Shown in pieces: positions 1 through 8,592 of a stretch of 22,591 nt of DNA. A program made the translations under genes and the position numbers. The notes below the pieces were generated by a model. The model ran no database searches. It was given only the letters and a program-made list of their open reading frames with translations, and was not told where the DNA came from. How positions within the stretch are numbered: the first letter of the stretch is position 1; each line of letters begins with the position of its first letter. The stretch is from an uncultured virus (IMG/VR IMGVR_UViG_3300005239_000666) (lineage: Duplodnaviria > Heunggongvirae > Uroviricota > Caudoviricetes), in IMG/VR virus record IMGVR_UViG_3300005239_000666; one strand, 5' to 3'.

Positions 1-17
1 AAAAAAAAGCGTAAAAT

Positions 18-197
18 ATGAAAATAATTAAAATAATTGCAGTTTGTTCACTTTTTGTACTGGTTTCCTGTTCAAAAACTGTTGAGGATTGTAAAATTAA
101 GCCGAATTTAGAAAAAATTAGCGAATCAGCGCTAAAAAATAAAGAAAATTTAAGTGAAACTGAGCTAAAACATGCTCAAATGTCTTGTAAATTTTAA
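18..197 (+). CDS. Small predicted lipoprotein (59 aa), not in the ORF track
   Basis: Hand translation from ATG 18 to TAA 195-197 gives MKIIKIIAVCSLFVLVSCSKTVEDCKIKPNLEKISESALKNKENLSETELKHAQMSCKF. It has a basic N-terminus, a hydrophobic core and lipobox LVS-C (Cys18). Confidence 0.7.
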   Translation: MKIIKIIAVCSLFVLVSCSKTVEDCKIKPNLEKISESALKNKENLSETELKHAQMSCKF

Positions 198-198
198 T

Positions 199-206
199 TA
201 TAAATA
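199..206 (+). promoter_or_regulatory. T4-type late (gp55 sigma) promoter
   Basis: Exact TATAAATA, intergenic, with 5 nt between it and ATG 212. Confidence 0.75.
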
Positions 207-211
207 ATATT

Positions 212-403
212 ATGATAAATTCACAAATTTATTGTCAAAATTGTGGACACGAATCGCATTGTGGCGAAAATTGTTTACAAGATTACGGAGAATCACAAAA
301 AACCGTATGTTGTACACATTGTAGTTGCGAAAAAGACAATGATAATTGGGAAGATACTGTAAAATACGATTTAAACAATGAAGATTTATTTAATGGAGCA
401 TAA
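212..403 (+). CDS. Small Cys/His-rich putative metal-binding protein
   Basis: 8 Cys and 3 His in residues 8-39 (CxxCxHxxHCxxxC...CCxHCxC), acidic tail, directly after a late promoter. Confidence 0.65.
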   Translation: MINSQIYCQNCGHESHCGENCLQDYGESQKTVCCTHCSCEKDNDNWEDTVKYDLNNEDLFNGA

Positions 404-405
404 AA

Positions 406-663
406 ATGGCAAAAATGAGAATATTTAAGTTTTGGAATGAAGCAGGTGATGAAAAAGAGAAAGAAGCGATGAGTTTGAAGAAGGCAATAATGTCAGTTCA
501 AGGCGATTTTAAAGATAAATGGATAGGAGCTGAATATATTAGTAAAAAAGGTAAAAATATTAGCACCTCTATACAAATACCAGTTGGTAGAAAAATTAGA
601 GAAGCGGCCAGAGTAGAAAAAGCAAGAGCGGCTGCTAAAGCTTTAAAAGAAATGGGGAGATAA
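406..663 (+). CDS. Hypothetical basic protein
   Basis: GGAG SD-like sequence at 394-397; packed between neighbours (2-nt gap upstream, abuts the PAAR ATG); Lys/Ala-rich C-terminus. Confidence 0.7.
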   Translation: MAKMRIFKFWNEAGDEKEKEAMSLKKAIMSVQGDFKDKWIGAEYISKKGKNISTSIQIPVGRKIREAARVEKARAAAKALKEMGR

Positions 664-963
664 ATGCCGTCAATTTGTAGGAAAGGCGATAGTTTAAGTA
701 CCGGTCATATATGTACTGGTACAACAACACTAGATACGCCTGGCCAAAGTACAGTTCGGGCAAATAGTATATTAATCGCAAGAGTGGGTGACCCAACAGT
801 AAGTCACCCTTTCCCACCGGCACCTCCTTGTGCCCCTCACGTTGCAAACGTTAATGTAGGCAGTTCAACAGTTTCAGTTTGTGGTAGTCCAATAGCTAGA
901 ATAGGGGATAGTACAGACGCTGGAGCAATGACTTCAGGTTCTTCAAATATCTTTGCTGGTTAA
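664..963 (+). CDS. PAAR-family spike tip protein (T4 gp5.4-like)
   Basis: 99 aa with three PAAR-like repeats (SICRKGD, LIARVGD, PIARIGD), His/Cys metal ligands, typical GSSTVSV and GSSNIFAG ends; sits upstream of baseplate genes. Confidence 0.92.
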   Translation: MPSICRKGDSLSTGHICTGTTTLDTPGQSTVRANSILIARVGDPTVSHPFPPAPPCAPHVANVNVGSSTVSVCGSPIARIGDSTDAGAMTSGSSNIFAG

Positions 964-965
964 CG

Positions 966-973
966 TATAAATA
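966..973 (+). promoter_or_regulatory. T4-type late promoter within a 7-bp inverted repeat
   Basis: TATAAATA inside ACGTATA-aata-TATACGT (963-980), just before ATG 982. Confidence 0.8.
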
Positions 974-981
974 TATACGTA

Positions 982-1407
982 ATGCCAAATTTTGATAGTA
1001 GTAACACTAACAACAGTAAACGAGCAAATAGAATCTATAAAGACTTGGATTTGAATTTTGGTCGTAATGTAGTAACAGGTGATGTAAATAAGTTAACCGA
1101 TGTAGAGGCCGTTAAAAGAAGTGTTAGAAATTTAATTAATACTTCTCATTTTGAGAGACCTTTTCACCCAGAAATTGGCAGTGATGTTAGAAGAATGTTA
1201 TTTGAACCAATGACACCTCTTACAGCACTTAACTTACAAAGAAAAGTTGGCGAAGTTCTAAATAATTTTGAACCTAGAATAAAGTTAGTACAAATTTTAG
1301 CTAGACCAGATTTAGATAGGAATAGTTATCATTTAACAATTATGTTCTATGTTATAGGTTCATCGGAGCCGATAACAGTAGAAACATTTTTAGAAAGATT
1401 AAGATAA
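982..1407 (+). CDS. gp25: Baseplate wedge subunit gp25 (GPW/gp25 family)
   Basis: Motifs YKDLDLNF, AVKRSVRNLI-T---ERPFHPEIGS and FEPRI are typical of T4 gp25; lies directly upstream of gp6. Confidence 0.95.
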   Translation: MPNFDSSNTNNSKRANRIYKDLDLNFGRNVVTGDVNKLTDVEAVKRSVRNLINTSHFERPFHPEIGSDVRRMLFEPMTPLTALNLQRKVGEVLNNFEPRIKLVQILARPDLDRNSYHLTIMFYVIGSSEPITVETFLERLR

Positions 1408-1408
1408 A

Positions 1409-3250
1409 ATGGCAAGCAATAAACTAGTAGTATCTGATTTTGACTTTGATAACATAAAATCAAATTTAAAAACATTTTTACAAAACCAACCAGAATTTTC
1501 AGACTATAATTTTGAAGGATCAGGCTTTGCCGTTCTTTTAGATATTCTAGCATACAATACACACTATCTTGGCTTCAATGCTAATATGTTAGTTAACGAA
1601 ACTTATTTAGATAGTGCAGACATAAGAAAAAATATCGTTGCATTAGCAAAGATGATAGGATATACACCATCATCTGTTAGAACACCAGTAGCAACTATTG
1701 ACATAACTGTAAACAACGCTTCAGGTTCAAGTATCTTAATGAATAAAGGTACAACGTTTACAAGTTCAGTAGATGGCACAGGTTACAACTTTATAACTAA
1801 TGAAGATATTACAATTACACCTTTAGACGGTGTTTACAAATTTTCAAACGTTAATTTATATGAAGGTACTTTAGTTACTTTTAAATATACAGTTGATAGT
1901 GCAGATACAGATCAAAGGTATGTAATACAAAATTTAAATGCTGATACTTCTACTTTAAAAGTAACAGTTCAAACCTCTGTATCAGATTCAACATTAAACA
2001 CTTACACATTAGCTACAGGTTTAAGAAATTTAAACGATACATCTAAAATTTACTTCTTACAAGAAACAGACAATGGTAAATTTGAAGTTTACTTTGGTGA
2101 TGGCGTTATAGGTAAAAAATTAGAAGATGGTAACATAGTTATATTAGAATATATTGTTACAAACAAAGCAGAGTCTAACGGCGCTAAAACTTTTGAGTTA
2201 GCCGGCAGTGTTGGTAGTTTTAATAATGTAACTATAACTACTAAAGCAAATGCTCAAGGCGGATCAGAGCCTGAAACAAAAGAGTCTATAAGATTTAATG
2301 CACCTTTGCAATATACAGCACAAGACAGAGCAGTTACAACTACAGATTATGAATCAATAGTTAAGACATTATATCCTAATGCATTATCAGTTAGTGCTTG
2401 GGGAGGAGAAGATGATGAAACGCCGGTTTATGGTGTTGTAAATATTGCTATCAAAGCAGCTTCAGGTTCTACGTTAACAGAAACAACAAAAGCTTCTATT
2501 GTAAAAGGATTAATACCCTACAACGTAGCTTCAGTTAGACCAGCAATAGTTGATCCAGAAACAACATCAATTATATTAACAAGTGTAGCTAAGTATGATA
2601 AAAAAGGTACTAGTAAGTCTGCTGACACTATTAAGTCAGAAATAGTTACGGCTGTTACAAACTATAACTCAACTACTTTACAAAAATTTGATGGTGTGTT
2701 TAGATTTTCTAAATTAACAGGTTTAATAGATGATGTTGATACAAATATACTATCTAACATAACATCTATTAATATGAGAAAGAATTTTACACCAACTATA
2801 GCGTCTTCAACAAAATACGATGTGTATTTTAGAAATGCAATTTATAACCCTCATTCAGGTCATTCAAGTGTTTTATCATCAACTGGTTTTAAAGTTACAG
2901 GCAGTGATAATGAAATGTTTTTAAACGATGATAGTAATGGTAACGTTAGAAGATATTATCTAGTAAGTGGTGTTAAAACTTATGTTAATAACACACAAGG
3001 TACTATTAATTACGAAACAGGTCAAGTAACTTTAAACTCATTGAACGTAGCTTCAATATCAAATATAAGAAATGCTGTTTCCACCGTTATTGAAATTACA
3101 GTTAAACCAAATTCAAACGATATTGTGCCTGTTAGAAATCAAGTGGTAGAAATAGACGTTACAAACTCAAATATAACTGTAGAGGAAGATACATTTGTTG
3201 GTGGTTCATCTGAAGCCGGCGTAGGCTACAATACTACAACAAGTTACTAA
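1409..3250 (+). CDS. gp6: Baseplate wedge subunit gp6
   Basis: DFDNIKSNLKTFL, FSDYNFEGS---LLDILAYNTHY, FGDGVIGK and QDRAVTTTDY; 613 aa, similar in size to T4 gp6. Confidence 0.95.
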   Translation: MASNKLVVSDFDFDNIKSNLKTFLQNQPEFSDYNFEGSGFAVLLDILAYNTHYLGFNANMLVNETYLDSADIRKNIVALAKMIGYTPSSVRTPVATIDITVNNASGSSILMNKGTTFTSSVDGTGYNFITNEDITITPLDGVYKFSNVNLYEGTLVTFKYTVDSADTDQRYVIQNLNADTSTLKVTVQTSVSDSTLNTYTLATGLRNLNDTSKIYFLQETDNGKFEVYFGDGVIGKKLEDGNIVILEYIVTNKAESNGAKTFELAGSVGSFNNVTITTKANAQGGSEPETKESIRFNAPLQYTAQDRAVTTTDYESIVKTLYPNALSVSAWGGEDDETPVYGVVNIAIKAASGSTLTETTKASIVKGLIPYNVASVRPAIVDPETTSIILTSVAKYDKKGTSKSADTIKSEIVTAVTNYNSTTLQKFDGVFRFSKLTGLIDDVDTNILSNITSINMRKNFTPTIASSTKYDVYFRNAIYNPHSGHSSVLSSTGFKVTGSDNEMFLNDDSNGNVRRYYLVSGVKTYVNNTQGTINYETGQVTLNSLNVASISNIRNAVSTVIEITVKPNSNDIVPVRNQVVEIDVTNSNITVEEDTFVGGSSEAGVGYNTTTSY

Positions 3251-3258
3251 TTTAGCCA

Positions 3259-6132
3259 ATGGCAAAATTTGATAATAAAATATCCAACTTAATAAACACT
3301 CAATTACCAGATTTTGTTGTTGATGATCACCCAAAATTTGTAGAATTTCTAAAAACTTATTATCAATTTATGGAAGCTGCCGAGTTAGGCGTAACTTCTA
3401 TTCAATCTACAGACGGAATTAATTTAGAAAATCAAACAGGCGTACAAAACAATTTAGTATTAAATGGTGGTTCACTTGGTGCTGAAAATACTCAATTAGA
3501 CCTTGGTGATAAGATAATATTAGAAGATAGTAGTTTTGGTAAATTTACATATAGAGAAACTATAACAGGACAAACTTCTAAAGCAACAGCTATAGTATTA
3601 ACTGAAGATTTAGATTTAAATAGACTATTCATAACATCACAAGACAAATTTATAACAGGTGAAATTATTAAAGGAGAAAGTTCTAACGCTGAAGCAATTG
3701 TTAATACATACAGACCTAATCCTGTTCAAAGTATTCAACAATTAACAAATTTTAGAGATCCAGATAAAGTTATTTCTCAATTTTTAGATAATTTTAGAAA
3801 TGAGTTTTTTAAAACTATTCCAGACAATTTATCTTCAGGAATAAACAAAAGAAATTTAATAAAAAATATAAAATCTTTATATAAGTTAAAAGGTACACAA
3901 AAAGGTCACGAAGTATTTTTTAGAATACTTTTTAACAATCAATCTGAAACATTTTATCCTAGAGAACAAATGTTAAAAGTATCAGATGGTAAATGGAATA
4001 CACAAACAGTTTTAAGAGTATTAAGTACACAAGGAGAAACTTTAAGTTTAATAGGAAGACAAATAAAAGGAAGAACATCAAATGCAACGGCAATAGTAGA
4101 AAATGTTGAAAAATTTTATGTTGGTGCTGATGAAGTTTCTGAAATTACTATAAACAAAAAAAGTCTTGTAGGTACTTTTGCTGTAAGTGAAACTATAGAG
4201 GGTACTGAAAGTGATCAGTCAGATTATTACATTCTAGCTACTATTACAGGTGTACCAGGAACAAAAACAATTAATAATGATGGTAATCTTTATACTACAA
4301 ACGATTTAATAACAATTTCAGGAGGAGGTCAACAAGCCTCTATGCAAATTAGTGATGTTGGTTCTGGTAAAATAACTGAAATAGTTGTTGATAATGGTGG
4401 ATCAGGATACGAAATAGGAGATACTTTATCTTTTAATAATACAGGTACTTTTGGTAGCAATGCTTCAGGTGTTGTTACAGTTGTTAACGGTGCAGTTTCT
4501 AATGAAGATACTGATCATATTGTACTAGAAGAAGAAACATCTGCCGGTGATCATCTTACAGGAGATAAAATTGTTTTTGAATCAGGAACAGGTATAGGAG
4601 ATATTACAGATATTTATTTAACAAATGGTGGTGACGGTTATAAATCTTTACCAACTGTTACTGTAACGTCTGATTCAGGTACAGCTTCGGAAATATTAGC
4701 ATATGGTGATAACGTAGGAAGAATTTTGGGAATAACAACATCAAATTTAGGTATTAAATACGAAAACTCTCCTTCTCCATCTTTAACATTCATAAACAAC
4801 TTATTTTGTACTACAGTTACAGGTACATTTACTAATGGAGATACAGTTACAGGTGGTAATTCAAGTGCTACAGGATTAGTTTCAGGTTGGGATTCTTCTA
4901 GAAACATATTAAAATTAAAAGAGGTTTCAGGAACCTTTCAAGCAAACGAAACAATAACATCTGTATCAGCTAGTGCAGTGCTTAAAAATATAGATGTAGC
5001 TTCAATAAGTTTAGATGTAACTGCTGTAGTAGACACAGACGGAAAATTCTTAAATGAAAAAGGTCATATTTCAGAAACTACAATGAAAGTACAAGATAGT
5101 TTATATTATCAAGATTTTTCTTATGTATTAAAAGTAGGTAACTCAATTAATTCATGGAGAGACGCATTTAAAAAAACAATGCATACTTCAGGTTTTTATT
5201 TTACGGGACAAGTTAATTTAGAAAGTAGATTAGATTTAAAAAATAGAATAGCGCAGGCTGTTAATACAGGTGTAGACGGAACGCCTATAAAACAAATGTT
5301 GAGTTTGTTGTTTAGTTCTATGTTTGGTAGAAAATTGGGAACAATAGATGATAGTTCTAGTTTAAGATCAAATCCTCAACAAGACGTTTCTTTTTATGGC
5401 ACCAATACAAGAGCTGTAACTTTAAGACGAGAACCTATTGGTGTTAGACTAAATTNNNNNNNNNNNNNNNNNNNNAACAGATTAAATTTGAGGGTTAAAG
5501 TTGCAGAGGCAATAAACACTGGTGCAATAGGTGAACCACTAATCTACTTAATGAAATTAATATTTGAAACTGTATTTGGTAGAAGAACAGGAACAGTTGA
5601 TGACGGTACAAGTTTAAGATCAAACTCTTATCAAGAAAAAGATTTAGTTTCAATAGCAACTAATCAAAGAGACGTAACTTTAACAAGAGCTCCTATAGGT
5701 GTTAGATTGAATTTAAGAGTAAGAAGATTAGTAGGAACAGGTGTACTACCTGATTTAAAAAGTATTAATATAAGTCAAGGATTTGCATATTGTGGACCAA
5801 GTTTTGGTTCAATAAACAAATATGCTAATACAGCATATGGTGTCACTGGTAATAGATCAGGTGGTATCAATGGTGCAACTGGTAATACTTTTAATAGATT
5901 AAATGAATTAAAAATAACTGGTACTAGATCAAGTCTAGATGGTACAACAGCATTATTGAAAATGATAACTGGCAATGCCGGGGGTGGATCAAATGAAGAT
6001 GATTTTGGAAGGATGTTAAAGACCAACTTCGCTTTTCCAACAGATATTACGTTCCCAGGTGAAGAATCGTTCAGTGGTAATACTTTAAAATTTGATTCAA
6101 CAAACAAAAAATTTGACAAAACAAGTGTATAA
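3259..6132 (+). CDS. gp7: Baseplate wedge initiator, gp7-like (spans a 20-N gap)
   Basis: Position between gp6 and gp8. N-terminal QLPDFV---HPKFVEFLKTYY, IKNIKSLYKLKGT, and QDSLYYQDFSYVLK...W......HTSG typical of marine myovirus gp7-like proteins. Frame continuity across the gap is not verified. Confidence 0.8.
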   Translation: MAKFDNKISNLINTQLPDFVVDDHPKFVEFLKTYYQFMEAAELGVTSIQSTDGINLENQTGVQNNLVLNGGSLGAENTQLDLGDKIILEDSSFGKFTYRETITGQTSKATAIVLTEDLDLNRLFITSQDKFITGEIIKGESSNAEAIVNTYRPNPVQSIQQLTNFRDPDKVISQFLDNFRNEFFKTIPDNLSSGINKRNLIKNIKSLYKLKGTQKGHEVFFRILFNNQSETFYPREQMLKVSDGKWNTQTVLRVLSTQGETLSLIGRQIKGRTSNATAIVENVEKFYVGADEVSEITINKKSLVGTFAVSETIEGTESDQSDYYILATITGVPGTKTINNDGNLYTTNDLITISGGGQQASMQISDVGSGKITEIVVDNGGSGYEIGDTLSFNNTGTFGSNASGVVTVVNGAVSNEDTDHIVLEEETSAGDHLTGDKIVFESGTGIGDITDIYLTNGGDGYKSLPTVTVTSDSGTASEILAYGDNVGRILGITTSNLGIKYENSPSPSLTFINNLFCTTVTGTFTNGDTVTGGNSSATGLVSGWDSSRNILKLKEVSGTFQANETITSVSASAVLKNIDVASISLDVTAVVDTDGKFLNEKGHISETTMKVQDSLYYQDFSYVLKVGNSINSWRDAFKKTMHTSGFYFTGQVNLESRLDLKNRIAQAVNTGVDGTPIKQMLSLLFSSMFGRKLGTIDDSSSLRSNPQQDVSFYGTNTRAVTLRREPIGVRLNXXXXXXXNRLNLRVKVAEAINTGAIGEPLIYLMKLIFETVFGRRTGTVDDGTSLRSNSYQEKDLVSIATNQRDVTLTRAPIGVRLNLRVRRLVGTGVLPDLKSINISQGFAYCGPSFGSINKYANTAYGVTGNRSGGINGATGNTFNRLNELKITGTRSSLDGTTALLKMITGNAGGGSNEDDFGRMLKTNFAFPTDITFPGEESFSGNTLKFDSTNKKFDKTSV
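5224..5712 (+). repeat. Diverged tandem duplication (~78 aa units) flanking the assembly gap
   Basis: SRLDLKNRIAQAVNTG...FGRKLGTIDDSSSLRSN...TNTRAVTLRREPIGVRLN (5224-5455) versus NRLNLRVKVAEAINTG...FGRRTGTVDDGTSLRSN...TNQRDVTLTRAPIGVRLN (5476-5712); about half the residues are identical by eye. Confidence 0.85.
5456..5475. other. Assembly gap (20 N)
   Basis: Run of N. Confidence 1.
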
Positions 6133-6147
6133 ATATAACTATAAATA
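6128..6147 (+). promoter_or_regulatory. Two tandem T4-type late promoters
   Basis: TATAAATA at 6128-6135 (overlapping the gp7 stop codon) and at 6140-6147, upstream of ATG 6157. Confidence 0.8.
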
Positions 6148-6156
6148 GAGATAGAA

Positions 6157-7083
6157 ATGGCAAAACAAACAATATCAATCGGTTCAACTCCTAATGACGG
6201 CACAGGTTCTACTATTAGAGCTGGTGGTGATTTAATCAACGATAACTTTAACGAAATCTATACTGCTTTCGGAGATGGTACTAATTTAAATGCCGGTGTA
6301 ATTACTGGTAAACAAGAAGGAACAAACTTCTCAAACTCTTTAATGATCGGTCACTCGGTGACAGGTACTTTGAGTTCAGCACAAGAAAACGTTGCCGTTG
6401 GTAAAACATCTTTAAGAGCAATTACTTCAGGAGATGATAATACTGCCGTGGGTTTTGCAGCTTTACAATCAGTTACATCTACAGCAAAAAGTACAGCCGT
6501 AGGACATTCAGCAGGTAAAGACGCAACAGGAGAAAAAAATACTGTTATAGGTGCAAACGCAGGTTTAAGAGTATCTTCAGGACAACACAATACTTTTGTA
6601 GGTTACAATGCAGGTCAAACTGTAGAAACTGGATCAGGTAATGTCATTATAGGAAATGCTGGTGGTAATACTGCCGGTGAAACTAGATCAATGATAATTG
6701 CAGGATCAGATGGTTCTACTTTGACAACTTGGTTAGAAGGAGATAGCACAGGCGAGGTTACAGTATTTGGTAACCCAACAAAAAATTTAGGTATTGCAAC
6801 AAAACAATATGTTGATTCAAATATTACAGCAAATGACGAAATATCTGAAATGTCAGATGTCACTTTATCAAGTATTACAAGTGGTGACATTTTACAGTGG
6901 AACGGTAGTCAATTTGTAAATATAGCTTTAGGAGTTATAGGTACTATGGCTGGTCAAAATGCCAATGCAGTTAATATTTCTGGTGGTTCTATCACTATGG
7001 GAAATCTATCTAATACGTCAACTCTACTAGTAAAAAACTCTAGTGGTACTACATTAAAAACAATTATTGGAACAACATCATAG
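6157..7083 (+). CDS. Baseplate-attached fibre/adhesin with a gp9/gp10-type N-terminus and YadA-like beta-roll repeats
   Basis: N-terminal KQTISIGSTPNDGTG--IRAGG--INDNFNEIY--FGDG resembles T4 gp10/gp9 N-termini. ~14-aa repeats NVAVG, NTAVG, STAVG, NTVIG, NTFVG, NVIIG; neck-like ATKQYVD; fibre motifs SDVTLS..GDILQWNG and GTMAGQNANAVNISGGSI. Confidence 0.8.
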   Translation: MAKQTISIGSTPNDGTGSTIRAGGDLINDNFNEIYTAFGDGTNLNAGVITGKQEGTNFSNSLMIGHSVTGTLSSAQENVAVGKTSLRAITSGDDNTAVGFAALQSVTSTAKSTAVGHSAGKDATGEKNTVIGANAGLRVSSGQHNTFVGYNAGQTVETGSGNVIIGNAGGNTAGETRSMIIAGSDGSTLTTWLEGDSTGEVTVFGNPTKNLGIATKQYVDSNITANDEISEMSDVTLSSITSGDILQWNGSQFVNIALGVIGTMAGQNANAVNISGGSITMGNLSNTSTLLVKNSSGTTLKTIIGTTS

Positions 7084-7091
7084 GAAAGTAT

Positions 7092-7099
7092 TATAAATA
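7092..7099 (+). promoter_or_regulatory. T4-type late promoter
   Basis: Exact intergenic TATAAATA upstream of ATG 7112. Confidence 0.8.
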
Positions 7100-7111
7100 G
7101 GAATAACAATT

Positions 7112-8581
7112 ATGCCAGCGATTATAACAACAAAATTCAGAATAAACAACAGTGAGCAGTTTCACGAATCTTTTACGGAAGCTTCTCCAAATGTTTATTA
7201 TCTAGGTCTAGCAAGACCACAAGCTTTCGGTACATCTACAAGAGGTGATGGCCGTACAGATTATGAAGGAACAGACTCATCACCAATTATACCAGGTGAT
7301 ACTGTTGTTGCAGAGTTCAATACTTTTGATGATTTATTAGCTGCTAAAAAAATTACAAGTTCAGATATTAGTTTTGCAGTACCAAGAAGAAATTGGGCAA
7401 CTGGAACAACATACGATATTTACAGACACGACTACGGAGAATATATTACTGGTAGTACATCTAATAGAAATACTGCTAATGGTGGTGCAACAACTTTACA
7501 TGACGCTAATTTTTATGTTTTAACTACAGACAGAAACGTTTATAAGTGTATTGACAACGATGGCAATACTGCTTCAACAAACGAACCAAGTGGAACAGGT
7601 AATAGTGTCATAACAACTGCTGACGGTTACAAATGGAAATATATGTGTACTATGTCAGCCGCTCAACAATCAAATTTTTTATCAACTGACTTTATGGGAG
7701 TTTCAACCAACTCAACTGTTAGTTCAGCTGCTGTAGACGGTTCAATTGATTGTATAAAAATTAAATCTGCCGGTTCAGGTGGAACAAACGGAACACATTC
7801 AGTAACAATTAAAGGTGATGGATCAAGTGCAGCTGCTAATGTTGTAGTATCAGGTGGTACTGTTACTTCGGTAACTATGACTGACGTAGGATCAGGTTAT
7901 ACTTTTGGTACAGTTTCAAATGCAGAAATAGTATCTGCTGGGGCAACAAACTTAACAGGTGCAGAATTAGATGTGATTATCTCTCCAAAAGGTGGTCACG
8001 GTTTTAATGCAGTAGAAGAATTAGGTGGTTTCTTTGTAATGTTAAATATAAATTTAGAAGGAACAGAATCAGCAAACTCTGGAGATTTCCATGCTGGTAA
8101 CGACTTTAGAAAAATTTGTTTAATCAGAGATCCAAAAGCTTCAGGTTCAGCTGCAAGTGCTTCAACTTTAAGAGGTACTAAAGCAGTAAGATTAGCTGCT
8201 AGTCCAACACCAGGAACTTTTGTAGTAGATGAAGAATTAAATCAAGCAACTACAGGCGCTGTCGCTAAAGTAGTAGAGTGGGACGCAACAAACAGAATTT
8301 TATACTACATTCAATCAAGACACAATGACGCCGGCGTTGACGCTAATGGTAACTTGACAGCTATTTCTAGTACTCATGTAATCACAGGTCAAACGTCTTC
8401 AGCAACAGGAACACCAGACACAAGCGTTTCGGCAACAGTTAACAATGTTGTATTTTCAAGTGGGTATTCTGCTTCTGAAATAGATCATGACTCTGGCGAT
8501 GTATTGTACATAGAAAACAGAGCACCTATTCAAAGAGCAACAGACCAAACAGAAAATATTAAACTAGTTATTGAGTTTTAA
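7112..8581 (+). CDS. gp8: Baseplate wedge subunit gp8
   Basis: MPAIIT-KFR, VPRRNW--G--YD-Y, FYV-----NVYKCIDN, TADGYKWKYM, ISPKGGHG and C-terminal SGDVLYIENRAPIQR--DQTENIKLVIEF typical of cyano-/pelagimyovirus gp8. Confidence 0.92.
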   Translation: MPAIITTKFRINNSEQFHESFTEASPNVYYLGLARPQAFGTSTRGDGRTDYEGTDSSPIIPGDTVVAEFNTFDDLLAAKKITSSDISFAVPRRNWATGTTYDIYRHDYGEYITGSTSNRNTANGGATTLHDANFYVLTTDRNVYKCIDNDGNTASTNEPSGTGNSVITTADGYKWKYMCTMSAAQQSNFLSTDFMGVSTNSTVSSAAVDGSIDCIKIKSAGSGGTNGTHSVTIKGDGSSAAANVVVSGGTVTSVTMTDVGSGYTFGTVSNAEIVSAGATNLTGAELDVIISPKGGHGFNAVEELGGFFVMLNINLEGTESANSGDFHAGNDFRKICLIRDPKASGSAASASTLRGTKAVRLAASPTPGTFVVDEELNQATTGAVAKVVEWDATNRILYYIQSRHNDAGVDANGNLTAISSTHVITGQTSSATGTPDTSVSATVNNVVFSSGYSASEIDHDSGDVLYIENRAPIQRATDQTENIKLVIEF

Positions 8582-8592
8582 AGGGAGATATT

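Noticed and set aside
786..809. GGGTGAC/GTCACCC 7-bp inverted repeat
   Set aside because: Inside the PAAR coding sequence with a 10-nt loop; explained by coding composition or chance.
664..3250. Type VI secretion system or tailocin interpretation of PAAR plus gp25
   Set aside because: gp6/gp7/gp8, VrlC and repeated TATAAATA promoters indicate a T4-like phage; no Tss genes are seen.
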